A stretch of DNA of 64,000 nucleotides, from sequence record PZ445134.1, one strand, 5' to 3'. Numbering within the stretch: position 1 is the first letter of the stretch; each line of letters starts with the position of its first letter. The notes beneath the pieces are model-generated. The model did not search any database. It was not told where the DNA came from and was given only the letters and a program-made list of their open reading frames with translations. Shown in pieces: positions 12,719-23,195 of this stretch. Source of the DNA: a phage. The position numbers were made by a program, and so were the translations under genes.

Positions 12719-13717
12719 TTATGATACTAATTCAATCCATGCAGGACGCAGAACATCTTGCACCATTCGGACTAATTCTTTCTTAACAAGATTAGGATTA
12801 TCAGATGATGTTAATACAATACCTTCACGAGAAGTTTCTTCCAGAATATCTTGAACAGTCAATCCCATCACTTTGCCAAAATCTTTTGGCGTTACAGTCC
12901 CAATCTTAGAAATCACATTATTAACACGATTTAACGTAACATAACAAGCTAGAACATCAAGCAAGTTTTTGTCAATTTCGGTTAATGGAACCTGAGTTTT
13001 AATAGGCTTATCAGACTTTTTCTTTTCGCTGAATTTAGAGTTCTTGCACTTAATAGCTACACGAGTACCGTTTGGCAACCATTTAGGGAAACAAGGCTTC
13101 AGAACATAACCTTCTGCCGTATTATCGCCAATAACATTAGCATCAAATACACAATTATTTGCTTCTACAAGGTCTTCTGACGCAGTAGCATTATAAGCGG
13201 CTAAGACTGAATCAAGGTCATTTGGAATCATGATAAGAGAATCAAATGTTCCACGACCAAGCATTGGTGCCATTTTAAAACCGAATTCATTACAGAAATC
13301 TTGCATTTCGTAATCGGTCAAATACGTATTATCACCACTTTCTGTATTGATAAGGATATCGAACACATAAAAATCTTTTTCACCGTAGTCAACACCTTTC
13401 TGGATTCCACCACCAGCGAATTCACCGAATACTTGATATGATACTGCTCGAGCTGCGTGCATTAATTCCTGAACGGCTTTAATAGCTTTATCATACTTCT
13501 TGAGTACGATTTCATAGCCATAAAAATCTTCTGCTGGAAGAATAGGGCCTGTGCGCTTGGCGCATGTGACGTTGTCACGTTCAATTATTAACGAGAAGTT
13601 GGTCCCATGGATTTTCTCACGTGCTACCCAAACACCAGTAGTCAAACCATTAGTGTAGAGTTTTTCAATAAACTTAGAGTTGTAGTGGTTTTCAAGACTG
13701 CTGTATTTCTTAAACAT
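12719..13717 (-). CDS. rnlB: RNA ligase 2
   Basis: 332 aa; nucleotidyltransferase lysine motif KIHGTN; near-identical in layout to T4 Rnl2. Confidence 0.92.
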   Translation of the reverse strand: MFKKYSSLENHYNSKFIEKLYTNGLTTGVWVAREKIHGTNFSLIIERDNVTCAKRTGPILPAEDFYGYEIVLKKYDKAIKAVQELMHAARAVSYQVFGEFAGGGIQKGVDYGEKDFYVFDILINTESGDNTYLTDYEMQDFCNEFGFKMAPMLGRGTFDSLIMIPNDLDSVLAAYNATASEDLVEANNCVFDANVIGDNTAEGYVLKPCFPKWLPNGTRVAIKCKNSKFSEKKKSDKPIKTQVPLTEIDKNLLDVLACYVTLNRVNNVISKIGTVTPKDFGKVMGLTVQDILEETSREGIVLTSSDNPNLVKKELVRMVQDVLRPAWIELVS

Positions 13718-13836
13718 AAATCACCATTATAAATAATAATATCAAAATAATTAGCAGAGACTCTGTCTCCGACCCAATGTTTAATTTGAATGGATAGAAC
13801 CTAGATTCATTATACCATCAAAAAATGTAAAGCATA

Positions 13837-14088
13837 CTAGAACTTGATTTCTATCCAGTGCCCATCACGCTGGTCGTGATTAATTTTGTACTGAAAGCCG
13901 TTATCACGGAACCACTGGCCGATTTGCTCGGTGATAGTTAAATCATTCTTTGACGGATAGTATGTAAATTGTGTCTGGCCTTTGTCAGCGGCTTTCTCTG
14001 CCATCACAGAGAAGTTAGCAATAAAATCTTTCAACAAATTGGCTTTAGTGGCCAGGGCCCTTTCTCTTAATTCCTGTGCAAAACTCAT
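13837..14088 (-). CDS. hypothetical protein (T4 24.2-like by position)
   Basis: 83-aa ORF in conserved position. Confidence 0.55.
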   Translation of the reverse strand: MSFAQELRERALATKANLLKDFIANFSVMAEKAADKGQTQFTYYPSKNDLTITEQIGQWFRDNGFQYKINHDQRDGHWIEIKF

Positions 14089-14285
14089 TTCTTCACCTTT
14101 TTGTTAATAAAACGTTTACGGTATACAACTTTTTCTTTTGCTTTAAACTTTGACCGAGCTGTCTCGGCTTTAGTCCATAATAATCCAACTTCTTTAGGTT
14201 GTAAACCGATTTTTTGAGCAATTTCTACGAATGAAAATCCCGCCTCATGTAATGTATAAACTTCAACTTCAGCTCTCATAATCAA
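14085..14285 (-). CDS. hypothetical protein (T4 24.3-like by position)
   Basis: 66-aa ORF, 4-nt overlap with the downstream gene. Confidence 0.55.
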   Translation of the reverse strand: MIMRAEVEVYTLHEAGFSFVEIAQKIGLQPKEVGLLWTKAETARSKFKAKEKVVYRKRFINKKVKK

Positions 14286-14357
14286 TCCCGTATTATTTGG
14301 TTTGTGCCATTATACATCAATCTCAAGACGTGTTTTGTATGCTTTAAAAACGAAGAA

Positions 14358-14373
14358 AGGGGCCGAAGCCCCT
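14358..14373 (-). terminator. UUCG-tetraloop hairpin downstream of hoc
   Basis: aggggccgaagcccct reads AGGGGC-UUCG-GCCCCU on the - strand. Confidence 0.5.
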
Positions 14374-14378
14374 TACGA

Positions 14379-15509
14379 TTATGGATAGGTATAGATGATA
14401 CCAGTTTCTAAAGCAGTTTTATGAATGATGTATCCATTACGTGATTCTTGAACATCAACTTCTGGATAGTCTTTCATCATCTTCTGAAGGGTGTAACGAT
14501 GCAAGTAGTACTTACTATCTGGGTCGTCAGTTTTCCAGTCTTTACCTTCTTCAGCCATTTTTTGGATTTCATCCATAACCCACCAACCACACCAGATATA
14601 AGCTGAAGTACGATGTGGAAGAGGATGAACATAAGGTAGTTCACCTTCTGGTTCTGGAGCAACTTTATCAGTTACCTGAACTTGACCTTCTGCTGTAATA
14701 GTTTTGCTATCATAATCAGTAGCAGTAACAGTAGCAGTAACTTCAATAGTTTGACTTCCAATAGATGATGTATCAACGGTGTATACGTTAGTTGACCCTT
14801 CTACAGGAGAAGAATTTTTCTTCCACGAGTAAGTAATTTGTGCTGCGTCAGGTGCGCCAGTAACATTAGCAGTAAACGTAGCCGAAGCATCTTGCTGAAC
14901 GTTAATAGAAGGAGGAGTCAATGTAACCTGTGGATTCATTGTCTTCTTATTAACCGTCAATGATACTTCATTAGAAGTAACGCTCAGTGCATCATAATCT
15001 GTCGCTGTTACTTGAGCTACACACTTGATTTTTTTAACTCCGCTTGTAGTAGGAGTGTAATTGAATGTAGCACTAGTTGCTTCGCTCACAGGAGAACCAT
15101 CTACATGCCACTGATACGTAGCAGACGCTCCAGCCGGTTGAGAAGCTAAGGCAGCAGTAAATTCAACAGGAGTTCCAATTACTCCTGCAGCAGGACTATC
15201 AGGAGTTACAGCTAAGGTAGTTGTCTGTGTCTTATTTTGAACTGTGATAGTTGTTGTCGCTTCAGCCGTTTCCGGGCCTCCTTCAGAAAGTGTATTTGTT
15301 GCAACAACTTTAATTGTTTTTGTTCCAGCAGGTCCTTTTAACACATAATCAAAAGTTTCTGCCGATCCTACTTGAGGAGCATCGTCTACACTCCATGCAT
15401 AGGTAATAGTTCCACCTCCAGTTTCACCACTGGGAGTAGCAGTAAACTGCTTAGTCTCATCTATAACTCCAGTAGGGGTTTTAGGAGTTATATCAACTGT
15501 AAAAGCCAT
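14379..15509 (-). CDS. hoc: highly immunogenic outer capsid protein with Ig-like domains
   Basis: 376 aa, Thr/Ser/Val-rich repeated Ig-like segments, C-terminal capsid-binding region, T4 Hoc position. Confidence 0.85.
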   Translation of the reverse strand: MAFTVDITPKTPTGVIDETKQFTATPSGETGGGTITYAWSVDDAPQVGSAETFDYVLKGPAGTKTIKVVATNTLSEGGPETAEATTTITVQNKTQTTTLAVTPDSPAAGVIGTPVEFTAALASQPAGASATYQWHVDGSPVSEATSATFNYTPTTSGVKKIKCVAQVTATDYDALSVTSNEVSLTVNKKTMNPQVTLTPPSINVQQDASATFTANVTGAPDAAQITYSWKKNSSPVEGSTNVYTVDTSSIGSQTIEVTATVTATDYDSKTITAEGQVQVTDKVAPEPEGELPYVHPLPHRTSAYIWCGWWVMDEIQKMAEEGKDWKTDDPDSKYYLHRYTLQKMMKDYPEVDVQESRNGYIIHKTALETGIIYTYP

Positions 15510-15518
15510 AAGTTATCC

Positions 15519-16187
15519 TTATTTTAATGTTACGAAAGAAGAATTACGAGATTCACGAATTAGAACTGATCCATCGCGATTAATATAATAAATTAAGCTA
15601 AATAATGTTTGGTGAGCAGAAGCATGCACAAAACTAGTTGGGCGAGATTTCCAATCTGGGGTTTCGGCTATCCATTGATAAATCCACCAAGGAACAGTAA
15701 CATATCCTGGGCTTTTGCCTAATTTAATGAGTGTAGGACTAAAATTTTCAGGCAGAACAAATGTTACTTCTTTATTTACATCTGCCTCAGGCTCTTTTTC
15801 AGATTCAACAACCTGAGTAATTGCTTCTTCGAATTTATCATGGTCGAATTCTTTTTCTTGTTCGACAACTTCTAATACTTCAACTTGTTCTGTTGGAGAA
15901 TCAAACAACAGAATAGCTTCTTCTTTAACTTCTTCGTTGGTGAAATTAACACCGTCTGCATCATCTGCGGCAGTAATTAAATCAGTGATAGATAATCCAT
16001 CAGTTTCAGGTAATGGTTCATCAGCCAGTGCTTTAAGAGCTTCTTCGATATCAATAACAATATTATCGAATGATTTTGTTTTCTTAACACTTATGCCAAA
16101 TTGTTCTGCGTATTCAAACAGTTTAGCTTTGGCTTCCTTTTTATCAGAAAGAGCACGTAACTCTTCAATGTAGTCTTTATCGATCAT
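15519..16187 (-). CDS. inh: putative inhibitor of prohead protease
   Basis: 222 aa acidic protein in the T4 inh position between hoc and the homing endonuclease. Confidence 0.6.
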   Translation of the reverse strand: MIDKDYIEELRALSDKKEAKAKLFEYAEQFGISVKKTKSFDNIVIDIEEALKALADEPLPETDGLSITDLITAADDADGVNFTNEEVKEEAILLFDSPTEQVEVLEVVEQEKEFDHDKFEEAITQVVESEKEPEADVNKEVTFVLPENFSPTLIKLGKSPGYVTVPWWIYQWIAETPDWKSRPTSFVHASAHQTLFSLIYYINRDGSVLIRESRNSSFVTLK

Positions 16188-16224
16188 GGTATTTCCTCAT
16201 TATAAATATAACTATATTTATTAC

Positions 16225-16968
16225 ATGGAAAAGAGTATGTATCACTTTGTTTATGAGACCGTAAATTTAATCAATGGTAAAAAGTACATTGGCAAACATT
16301 CTACAGAAAATTTAAACGATTCGTATCTAGGGTCAGGTGTTGCCTTAAATCGCGCTATCAAAAAATACGGAAAAGAATCATTTAAACGTTCAATAATTAA
16401 ACAATTTGAAACTTCCGCTGAAGCTTTAGAATACGAAGCTCAGTTAGTAACAGAGGATTTGGTCAAATCTAACGAGTATTATAATATGCGCCAAGGCGGT
16501 GAAGGTGGAAGGTATAAGTACACCGAAGCTGATAAGACTAAAATGTCTAATAGTGCTAAAGAACGAATAAAGAGGCTTGGTCATAATCTTTTAGGAAAAC
16601 ACAGATCGGAAGAAACAAAAAGAAAACTATCTGAAACAAATAAACGTCGATACTCTGAAGACCCGACATGCCACGGGCGGTATGGTACAGGAAAGCCAAA
16701 GATTGATAAAATTAAAGGTCCTAAAAATCCTACAACTCTAAATAAAATTTGTGTTAACAACGGTAAAGAAAACAGATTTATATCAGCCGAGGACCCGATG
16801 CCTGAAGGATTTGTAAAAGGAATGGTCCAACTTAATAGAAAATCTAGAAAGGGCTGTGAAGTAAAACCTACGACCACCGGCAGAATATGGGTAAATAACG
16901 GGGCTATAAATAAATTAGTAAATCCGTTATCCATCCCAGATGGATATGTTAAAGGCCGTTTAAGGTAA
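16225..16968 (+). CDS. free-standing GIY-YIG homing endonuclease (SegE-like by position)
   Basis: GIY-YIG N-terminus HFVYETVNLINGKKYIGKHS; C-terminal repeated VNNG...G(F/Y)VKG DNA-binding motifs; start uncertain (16186, 16225 or 16237). Confidence 0.75.
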   Translation: MEKSMYHFVYETVNLINGKKYIGKHSTENLNDSYLGSGVALNRAIKKYGKESFKRSIIKQFETSAEALEYEAQLVTEDLVKSNEYYNMRQGGEGGRYKYTEADKTKMSNSAKERIKRLGHNLLGKHRSEETKRKLSETNKRRYSEDPTCHGRYGTGKPKIDKIKGPKNPTTLNKICVNNGKENRFISAEDPMPEGFVKGMVQLNRKSRKGCEVKPTTTGRIWVNNGAINKLVNPLSIPDGYVKGRLR

Positions 16969-16973
16969 TTATT

Positions 16974-18488
16974 ATGACAGATATTAAAGTACATTTTCAT
17001 GATTTTAGCCATGTAAGAATTGAATGCGACGAAAGCGTGTTCTATGAATTACGCGACTTTTTTAGCTTTGAAGCCGATGGGTACAAATTCAACCCGCGTT
17101 ACAAATATGGGAACTGGGATGGTAGAATTCGACTTTTAGATTATAACCGTTTGTTACCATACGGACTTGTAGGACAAATAAAAAAGTTCTGTAACAATAT
17201 GAGTTATTCTGTATGGATTGACCCTAAAATCTTTGAGACAGAAGATCTTACCAGGGAAGATTTTGACGCATGGCTTTCTAAACAAGAAATTTATTCTGGC
17301 AACGCCAAAATCGAACCACATTGGTATCAAAAAGATGCAGTATACGAAGGACTAGTTAATCGTCGTCGAATTTTAAACCTTCCGACATCAGCAGGTAAAT
17401 CACTAATCCAAGCACTTTTAGCTCGTTATTATCTAGAGAACTATGAAGGTAAAATTCTCATTATCGTCCCTACAACAGCATTGACAACCCAGATGGCTAA
17501 TGATTTTGTTGATTATCGCTTGTTTAATCATTCGATGATTAAGAAAATTGGCGGCGGTGCTGATAAAGCAGACAAATCTAAAAACGACGCTCCAATTATT
17601 GTTGGCACATGGCAAACAGTAGTTAAGCAGCCTAAAGAATGGTTCTCTCAGTTCGGTATGATGATGAATGATGAATGCCACTTAGCAACAGGCAAAAGTA
17701 TTTCTTCAATCATCTCAGGATTAAATAATTGCATGTTTAAATTCGGTTTATCTGGCTCATTAAGAGACGGAAAAGCCAATGTAATGCAGTACGTAGGTAT
17801 GTTCGGCGAAATCTTCCGTCCTGTTAGCACGTCTAAATTAATGGAAGACGGGCAGGTAACTGAGCTTAAGATTAATAGTATTTTCCTTCGTTATCCGGAC
17901 GAATTCACTGTTAAATTAAAAGGTAAAACATACCAAGAAGAAGTTAAAATTATTACCGGACTAAAACGACGTACAAAGTGGATTGCTCAACTTTCAGTCA
18001 AATTGGCTAAGAAAGACGAGAACGCCTTTGTAATGTTTAAACACGTTACACACGGTAAAGAAATATTTGAAGCTATTAAAGAGCTTGGATACGAAAAAGT
18101 TTATTACGTATCAGGTGAAGTTGATACTGAAACACGTAACGCGCTTAAAGTTATGGCAGAAAATGGTAAAGGCATTATTATTGTCGCATCATATGGAGTA
18201 TTCTCTACTGGTATTTCAGTCAAGAATCTTCATCATGTTATTTTCGCCCATGGTGTTAAATCAAAAATTATCGTACTTCAAACCGTAGGTCGCGTGCTTC
18301 GTAAGCATGGTTCTAAAGCTGTTGCTACAGTTTGGGATCTCATCGATGACGCAGGTGTAAAACCTAAATCATTAAATACTAAAAAGAAGTATACTCATCT
18401 TAATTACTTGTTAAAACACGGTATTGATCGTATCCAACGTTACGCTGATGAGAAATTTAACTATGTAATGAAAACAATTAATTTATAA
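16974..18488 (+). CDS. uvsW: UvsW DNA/RNA helicase (SF2)
   Basis: 504 aa; helicase motifs PTSAGKS (Walker A) and DECH; T4 UvsW position. Confidence 0.9.
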   Translation: MTDIKVHFHDFSHVRIECDESVFYELRDFFSFEADGYKFNPRYKYGNWDGRIRLLDYNRLLPYGLVGQIKKFCNNMSYSVWIDPKIFETEDLTREDFDAWLSKQEIYSGNAKIEPHWYQKDAVYEGLVNRRRILNLPTSAGKSLIQALLARYYLENYEGKILIIVPTTALTTQMANDFVDYRLFNHSMIKKIGGGADKADKSKNDAPIIVGTWQTVVKQPKEWFSQFGMMMNDECHLATGKSISSIISGLNNCMFKFGLSGSLRDGKANVMQYVGMFGEIFRPVSTSKLMEDGQVTELKINSIFLRYPDEFTVKLKGKTYQEEVKIITGLKRRTKWIAQLSVKLAKKDENAFVMFKHVTHGKEIFEAIKELGYEKVYYVSGEVDTETRNALKVMAENGKGIIIVASYGVFSTGISVKNLHHVIFAHGVKSKIIVLQTVGRVLRKHGSKAVATVWDLIDDAGVKPKSLNTKKKYTHLNYLLKHGIDRIQRYADEKFNYVMKTINL

Positions 18489-18502
18489 GGGCTTCGGCCC
18501 TT
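18487..18502 (+). terminator. UUCG-tetraloop hairpin between uvsW and uvsW.1, no U-tract; possibly an RNA stability or processing element rather than a terminator
   Basis: aagggcttcggccctt immediately precedes the AGGAG Shine-Dalgarno of uvsW.1. Confidence 0.3.
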
Positions 18503-18513
18503 AGGAGATAAAA

Positions 18514-18747
18514 ATGGTACTTGAATTTAAACAATTTTTATACGAAGCATCTATTGACGAATTCATGGGTAAAATTGCTAATTGTCATACCTTAGAAGGG
18601 CTTGAAGAATTGGAAGCTTATTATAAGAAACGTATAAAAGAAACGGAATTAAAAGATACAGATGATATTTCTGTCAGGGATGCCTTAGCAGGTAAGCGTG
18701 CCGAACTTGAAGGCGATGATGATGAGGATGAGGAAGAAGACTTCTAA
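18514..18747 (+). CDS. uvsW.1: UvsW.1 small acidic protein
   Basis: 77 aa, acidic C-terminus, conserved position after uvsW. Confidence 0.75.
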   Translation: MVLEFKQFLYEASIDEFMGKIANCHTLEGLEELEAYYKKRIKETELKDTDDISVRDALAGKRAELEGDDDEDEEEDF

Positions 18748-18802
18748 TTAAAAAAGGCCCGACCTTTTTGGAAGGGCCAAAACCATAGGCAAAAAGGTAA
18801 CA

Positions 18803-18970
18803 CTATAGTAAAAGTTGGGTTTCGTTCAATTGCTCTTCTGAACTTTCTGAAACCGGCAATTGTTGGACATAGTTATAACAAGGGCCAGGATGTGCTGGAC
18901 CTTTATCTGTTTCAACAACCAATGCAGAATCGATTGGAGTTTTACAGACAACACAAATCTTATCTGACAT
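18803..18970 (-). CDS. small Cys-containing hypothetical protein (uvsY.-2-like by position)
   Basis: 55-codon ORF translated by hand (MSDKICVVCKTPIDSALVV...), below the 60-aa cutoff of the ORF track. Confidence 0.4.
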   Translation of the reverse strand: MSDKICVVCKTPIDSALVVETDKGPAHPGPCYNYVQQLPVSESSEEQLNETQLLL

Positions 18971-19002
18971 GATTGTCTCCTAAGTTGAAATTACATATCT
19001 AT

Positions 19003-19227
19003 TTATACCACTCGCATGCACATATCGATACCCATATCTTTTGTATAAAAATACTCATCGATGTACCCAGCAAACTTCCCTTTAATATAAAGGACGTCTT
19101 CGCCACAAGGATGGTCTGCCAGAATACGAATATCTTGACGACGTAGACGATACTTTTCCATTAAGAATTTAATTTCAGTTTCAAATTCTTCATCATTATT
19201 AAAGGCATCTTCAATCGAATAACGCAT
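19003..19227 (-). CDS. hypothetical protein (uvsY.-1-like)
   Basis: 74-aa ORF immediately downstream of uvsY. Confidence 0.6.
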   Translation of the reverse strand: MRYSIEDAFNNDEEFETEIKFLMEKYRLRRQDIRILADHPCGEDVLYIKGKFAGYIDEYFYTKDMGIDMCMRVV

Positions 19228-19640
19228 TATTGCCCCGCTTCAAATTCTCGCATATCCTGGATATGTTTAAGTGCAAAACTACGAGACTTAACTGCGTCAA
19301 GTGCACCACTACAGAACTCAAGTAAAATTCCCCAGTATTGTAAAGTAGTCTCTATTTTAAGCACATCTTTATCTGCAGCCAGGACAGTTTTCATTTCAGA
19401 TTTCTCGTATCGGTCCATACTGAATTCATCACCGTCACCTCGTCCCGAGTAGTAGTCTAATCTTGCTTTTAGAGCAGTTTTCTTCTGAGTCTCTATACGC
19501 AACATTTCTTTACGAATAAATGAGTGCTTACGTAGCCATTTGCTGTATAACTTAACATTATTCGCCGTCTCATATTGCAACTTTGTCATATCAATAGCTA
19601 AGTCTGCGTCTAACTCTTCCTGTAAATCTTCCAGCTTCAT
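19227..19640 (-). CDS. uvsY: recombination mediator UvsY
   Basis: UvsY-like from MKLEDLQEEL onward; 137 aa from the internal ATG at 19640 (the 164-aa track ORF is an upstream extension). Confidence 0.88.
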   Translation of the reverse strand: MKLEDLQEELDADLAIDMTKLQYETANNVKLYSKWLRKHSFIRKEMLRIETQKKTALKARLDYYSGRGDGDEFSMDRYEKSEMKTVLAADKDVLKIETTLQYWGILLEFCSGALDAVKSRSFALKHIQDMREFEAGQ

Positions 19641-19695
19641 AATGTTCTCTCTTTTAACTAATAATCTCCCGGCTGTATCGGAAGGACCTAAAACC

Positions 19696-19720
19696 ATTAT
19701 ACATAGGTTGCCTTGAAGCA
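19696..19720 (-). promoter_or_regulatory. putative MotA-dependent middle promoter for uvsY (MotA box TGCTTCA, 12-nt spacer, TATAAT)
   Basis: - strand reads gtaaTGCTTCAaggcaacctatgTATAATgg. Confidence 0.45.
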
Positions 19721-20119
19721 TTACACTCTATTGCTTGACGCTAACTGAAGTTTAATTTGTTCAATATCATCAGGGTTGTCTACGACCGAAAATCTAATCT
19801 CTACTATAACCGTATAGTCATCATATACTGGCGTTACACTTACAGAAAGTTTGTCGATGCGTGGCTCATAGTTACGAACAGCTGCCTGGATATTACGCTC
19901 AATCGTATCGGCTGTAAGTGGTGTCATGTTCTCGAAAAGTTCGTCGACCAAATCGCATCCAAATTCAGGGTCGAAGGGGCGTGAGCCTTTTCTAGTTGTC
20001 ACTATGCCAAGAAGACTATTTTTAATAGAACGAAGTCCTACAGAACGAGCAACATCCTTGTTCCAATCCATACGCATTTCTGGGTCGATATCTGAATAAA
20101 GTTTATTGATATTAGACAT
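19721..20119 (-). CDS. 25: baseplate wedge protein
   Basis: 132 aa, T4 gp25-like. Confidence 0.9.
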   Translation of the reverse strand: MSNINKLYSDIDPEMRMDWNKDVARSVGLRSIKNSLLGIVTTRKGSRPFDPEFGCDLVDELFENMTPLTADTIERNIQAAVRNYEPRIDKLSVSVTPVYDDYTVIVEIRFSVVDNPDDIEQIKLQLASSNRV

Positions 20120-20745
20120 TATAGTAACTCAAAGAATTCTTTGAGGCCTCGTATTGTGTGAACGTGTGACGCCCCACATTTGGGACATTTAATAGGGGTT
20201 GCCAAATAAATTGATGGCGATACTAAAAGATTTTTAATATTGATCATGTCATCTTCTGTTATAAGGCCGTAAAGGTCGTTTATTTCTGCTTCAGTTAAAT
20301 CTTCAACAGGGATGGACTCTCCGTTGACAAAAACGGCCTCAATACATGAAGCAATCATTAATGCGATATTTTTATCGTCAAATAATTTAGGTTGACGGAA
20401 CTTAATTTTAATACCGCTGAACGAATACCAGGGATCGGCCTGTTCATCTAATTGAGTGTGCAATAAATTCATATAGACTTGAAATGAATGCCCACAGGAA
20501 CAATTCCAGGTGTGTTCTTGATTCACTTCACCTAATGAATGTGCCCACAGATTTACCAACAATAGCTCGGCTTCTTGTTTAGTCAAGTTTTTAGCATTAG
20601 AGCAATTAGTGATAATATTGTTCACTGCTGATTCAATAGTACCGGTAGCCCGCGCACCAATGAGTCCTAAATATTCTTTTAAAGTAAAGGCTCTACAATT
20701 CACTTCTTTATCGCCTAAACGTACGGTAAACGTATATTTGTACAT
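20119..20745 (-). CDS. 26: baseplate hub subunit
   Basis: 208 aa, T4 gp26 position; UAAUG stop/start overlap with gene 25. Confidence 0.85.
   Translation of the reverse strand: MYKYTFTVRLGDKEVNCRAFTLKEYLGLIGARATGTIESAVNNIITNCSNAKNLTKQEAELLLVNLWAHSLGEVNQEHTWNCSCGHSFQVYMNLLHTQLDEQADPWYSFSGIKIKFRQPKLFDDKNIALMIASCIEAVFVNGESIPVEDLTEAEINDLYGLITEDDMINIKNLLVSPSIYLATPIKCPKCGASHVHTIRGLKEFFELL
20128..20150 (-). promoter_or_regulatory. gene 25 translation initiation region: Shine-Dalgarno GAGG separated from the AUG by an 18-nt palindromic hairpin
   Basis: ctcaaagaattctttgag is a perfect palindrome lying between cctc (SD on the - strand) and the ATG at 20119. Confidence 0.45.
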
Positions 20746-20763
20746 GTTAACTCCTTTATTGTG

Positions 20764-20775
20764 TATTTATAAATA
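20764..20775. promoter_or_regulatory. palindromic divergent late promoter TATTTATAAATA serving gene 26 (-) and gene 51 (+)
   Basis: 12-nt perfect palindrome contains TATAAATA on both strands, 17-18 nt from each start codon. Confidence 0.55.
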
Positions 20776-20792
20776 ATAGAAAAGGAGTAATT

Positions 20793-21545
20793 ATGGCTAA
20801 TATAATTCGTTGTAAATTACCGGATGGTGTTCATCGTTTTAAGCCGTTCACTGTGGCGGATTATAGAGACTTTTTACTAGTTAGAAATGATATCGAACAT
20901 CGTTCGCCGCAAGAACAAAAAGAAATAATTGCCGATCTGATTGATGATTATTTTGGCGAGTACCCTAAAACGTGGCAACCATTTATATTCCTGCAAGTTT
21001 TTGCAGGCTCTATAGGCAAAACAAAAGTTCCTGTTATTTTCACTTGCCCTAAATGCTCTAAAGAAAAAACTGCACCATTTGAGATATATCAAAAAGAACT
21101 AGTCGAACCTGAACTTGATGTTGCTGGTATAAAAATACGTTTTTCTTTCCCTGAAAAGTTTTATGACAATAAAGCATTAATGATAAGTGAAAACATAAAA
21201 GAAATATATTATAATGATGAATGGTATCCATGGAATGATTTGACTGAAGAGAACCAAATCCAAGTAATAGAAGCAATAGACATTGACTCGCTCGAGAAGG
21301 TTATTGCTTCTATGAACCCTATTAATTTGACCCTTAGATTAGGTTGTTGTGAACGTCATGTTAAAACATATACTGATATCTTAGAGGTTTTTAAATTGTT
21401 AGTTAACCCTGATGAGATTTTTACATTCTATCAGATAAACCATTCACTAGTAAAGAGTCAATACACATTGGATTCTATTATGCAAATGATTCCTGTTGAA
21501 CGTGGTATTGCTTTAACATTAGTAGAAAAGGACCATAAAAAATGA
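20793..21545 (+). CDS. 51: baseplate hub assembly catalyst
   Basis: 250 aa, T4 gp51 position. Confidence 0.8.
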   Translation: MANIIRCKLPDGVHRFKPFTVADYRDFLLVRNDIEHRSPQEQKEIIADLIDDYFGEYPKTWQPFIFLQVFAGSIGKTKVPVIFTCPKCSKEKTAPFEIYQKELVEPELDVAGIKIRFSFPEKFYDNKALMISENIKEIYYNDEWYPWNDLTEENQIQVIEAIDIDSLEKVIASMNPINLTLRLGCCERHVKTYTDILEVFKLLVNPDEIFTFYQINHSLVKSQYTLDSIMQMIPVERGIALTLVEKDHKK

Positions 21546-22714
21546 CAGTATTCCAACGTCCAGGATATCCTAACTTAAGCGTTAAATTATATCAAGATTA
21601 TTCGGCTTGGCAAGAAAATAGATATGTTGAACTCGCAGCAACAATAACAACTTTAACCATGCGAGATTCGCTATATGGAAGAAATGAAGGGATTCTTCAA
21701 TTTTATGACACTAAAAACATCCACACTAAAATGGATGGTAGACAGATAGTCCAAATCTCTGTTTCAAATTCAAACACACCTCTCCAAGTTAGAACTCGAA
21801 TTTATGGATGTAGACATTATTCTGTGTCTGTGGACTCAAAAGGTGACAATATTATTGCAATTGAGCTTGGAACAATACATTCTATAGAGAACCTTAAATT
21901 TGGGCGGCCATTCTTCTCAGACGCAGGAGAATCTATACGTGAAATGTTAGGTGTCATATATAAAGACCGTACGTTAATTACTCCGCCAATAAACACTATT
22001 AATGCTTATGTTCCTGATATTCCTTGGACAAGCACATTTGATGATTATTTGGCATATGTCAGAGAATTAGGACTTGCTACAGCGAGTGATAAGTTCGTAT
22101 TCGTATGGCAAGATATTTTAGGCGTAAACATGATTGACTATGATACTCTTATTGGTCAGGAAGGCATTAAGATGATTGTAGGCGAGCCAAATACTGTAGG
22201 CCAGTATATTCAAGAGCTTGAGTATCCATTAGTATGGGATTTCACCTGGATGACTAAAGCTAACCAATTTACAAGAGACCCTATTAAAAACGCCACGATA
22301 TTCGCTCATTCATTTTTAGATACATCTATTCCGGTTATTGTTACAGGTGATGGTGATAATGCTATTCTTGTGTCAAGATCAGGTGGATATTCTGAAATGA
22401 CCTATCGTAATGGATTTGAAGAAGCAAGTCGTCTTCAGACAATGGCTCAATATGATGGATATGCTAAATGCACTACTACAGGTAATTTTAACATAACGCC
22501 CGCTACTAAAATTATATTTGTTGACCAAAAGAACCAATTCAAATCCGAATTTTACGTCGATGAAGTTATTCATGAGTTATCAAATAACAACTCACAAACT
22601 CATCTGTACATGTTTACCAACTCAATGGTGTTAGAACCTGTTAACCCAGTTAAGGTTAAAAATGAACTTAAATCTGATTCTACCTCTAAAGAAAATAATT
22701 CTACCACAGTCTAA
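21542..22714 (+). CDS. 27: baseplate hub subunit
   Basis: 390 aa, T4 gp27 size and position. Confidence 0.88.
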   Translation: MTVFQRPGYPNLSVKLYQDYSAWQENRYVELAATITTLTMRDSLYGRNEGILQFYDTKNIHTKMDGRQIVQISVSNSNTPLQVRTRIYGCRHYSVSVDSKGDNIIAIELGTIHSIENLKFGRPFFSDAGESIREMLGVIYKDRTLITPPINTINAYVPDIPWTSTFDDYLAYVRELGLATASDKFVFVWQDILGVNMIDYDTLIGQEGIKMIVGEPNTVGQYIQELEYPLVWDFTWMTKANQFTRDPIKNATIFAHSFLDTSIPVIVTGDGDNAILVSRSGGYSEMTYRNGFEEASRLQTMAQYDGYAKCTTTGNFNITPATKIIFVDQKNQFKSEFYVDEVIHELSNNNSQTHLYMFTNSMVLEPVNPVKVKNELKSDSTSKENNSTTV

Positions 22715-23195
22715 TAAAAAGGTAACGATTCCTAAATTAGGGCTCAAACATTATAATCTTTTAAAGGACGTTAAAGGTCCTGACGAAAACATGAAAATCT
22801 TAGCTGATTCTATTTGTAAAAATATGAGTCCAGCAGATTTTGATTTTGCATGTCTACACATATTGGAATTTAATAACAAACTTAAGTCTGAAGTTGAAAA
22901 AGATGGATTCACTTATAAACTAGATGACGTCTATGTATGCCAACGAACAGAATTCCAATTTCAAGGTAATACTTTTTATTTTAGACCCCCAGGCAAATTT
23001 GAACAATTCGCTACAATCAGTGAAATGCTATCAAATTGCTTAATAAAAGTTAATGACGAAGAGAAAGAAATTTCTTTCCTTGAGATGCCTGCTTTTGTAA
23101 TCAAATGGGCAGAAGACCTTTCGACAACTATTGCTATTCCGGGCCCTAATGGCCCTATTAAGGGTATAGCAGAAATTATTGGATTGCTTGAATGA
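22662..23195 (+). CDS. 28: baseplate hub distal subunit
   Basis: 177 aa, T4 gp28 size and position. Confidence 0.8.
   Translation: MNLNLILPLKKIILPQSNKKVTIPKLGLKHYNLLKDVKGPDENMKILADSICKNMSPADFDFACLHILEFNNKLKSEVEKDGFTYKLDDVYVCQRTEFQFQGNTFYFRPPGKFEQFATISEMLSNCLIKVNDEEKEISFLEMPAFVIKWAEDLSTTIAIPGPNGPIKGIAEIIGLLE

Noticed and set aside
19227-19721. Longer N-terminal extensions for uvsY (164 aa), alc (187 aa), dsbA (95 aa), gene 38 (261 aa) and holin t (223 aa) as given in the ORF track
   Set aside because: Internal ATGs with good Shine-Dalgarno sequences give products matching the expected T4 protein sizes and N-termini; the extensions overlap upstream genes or terminator hairpins.
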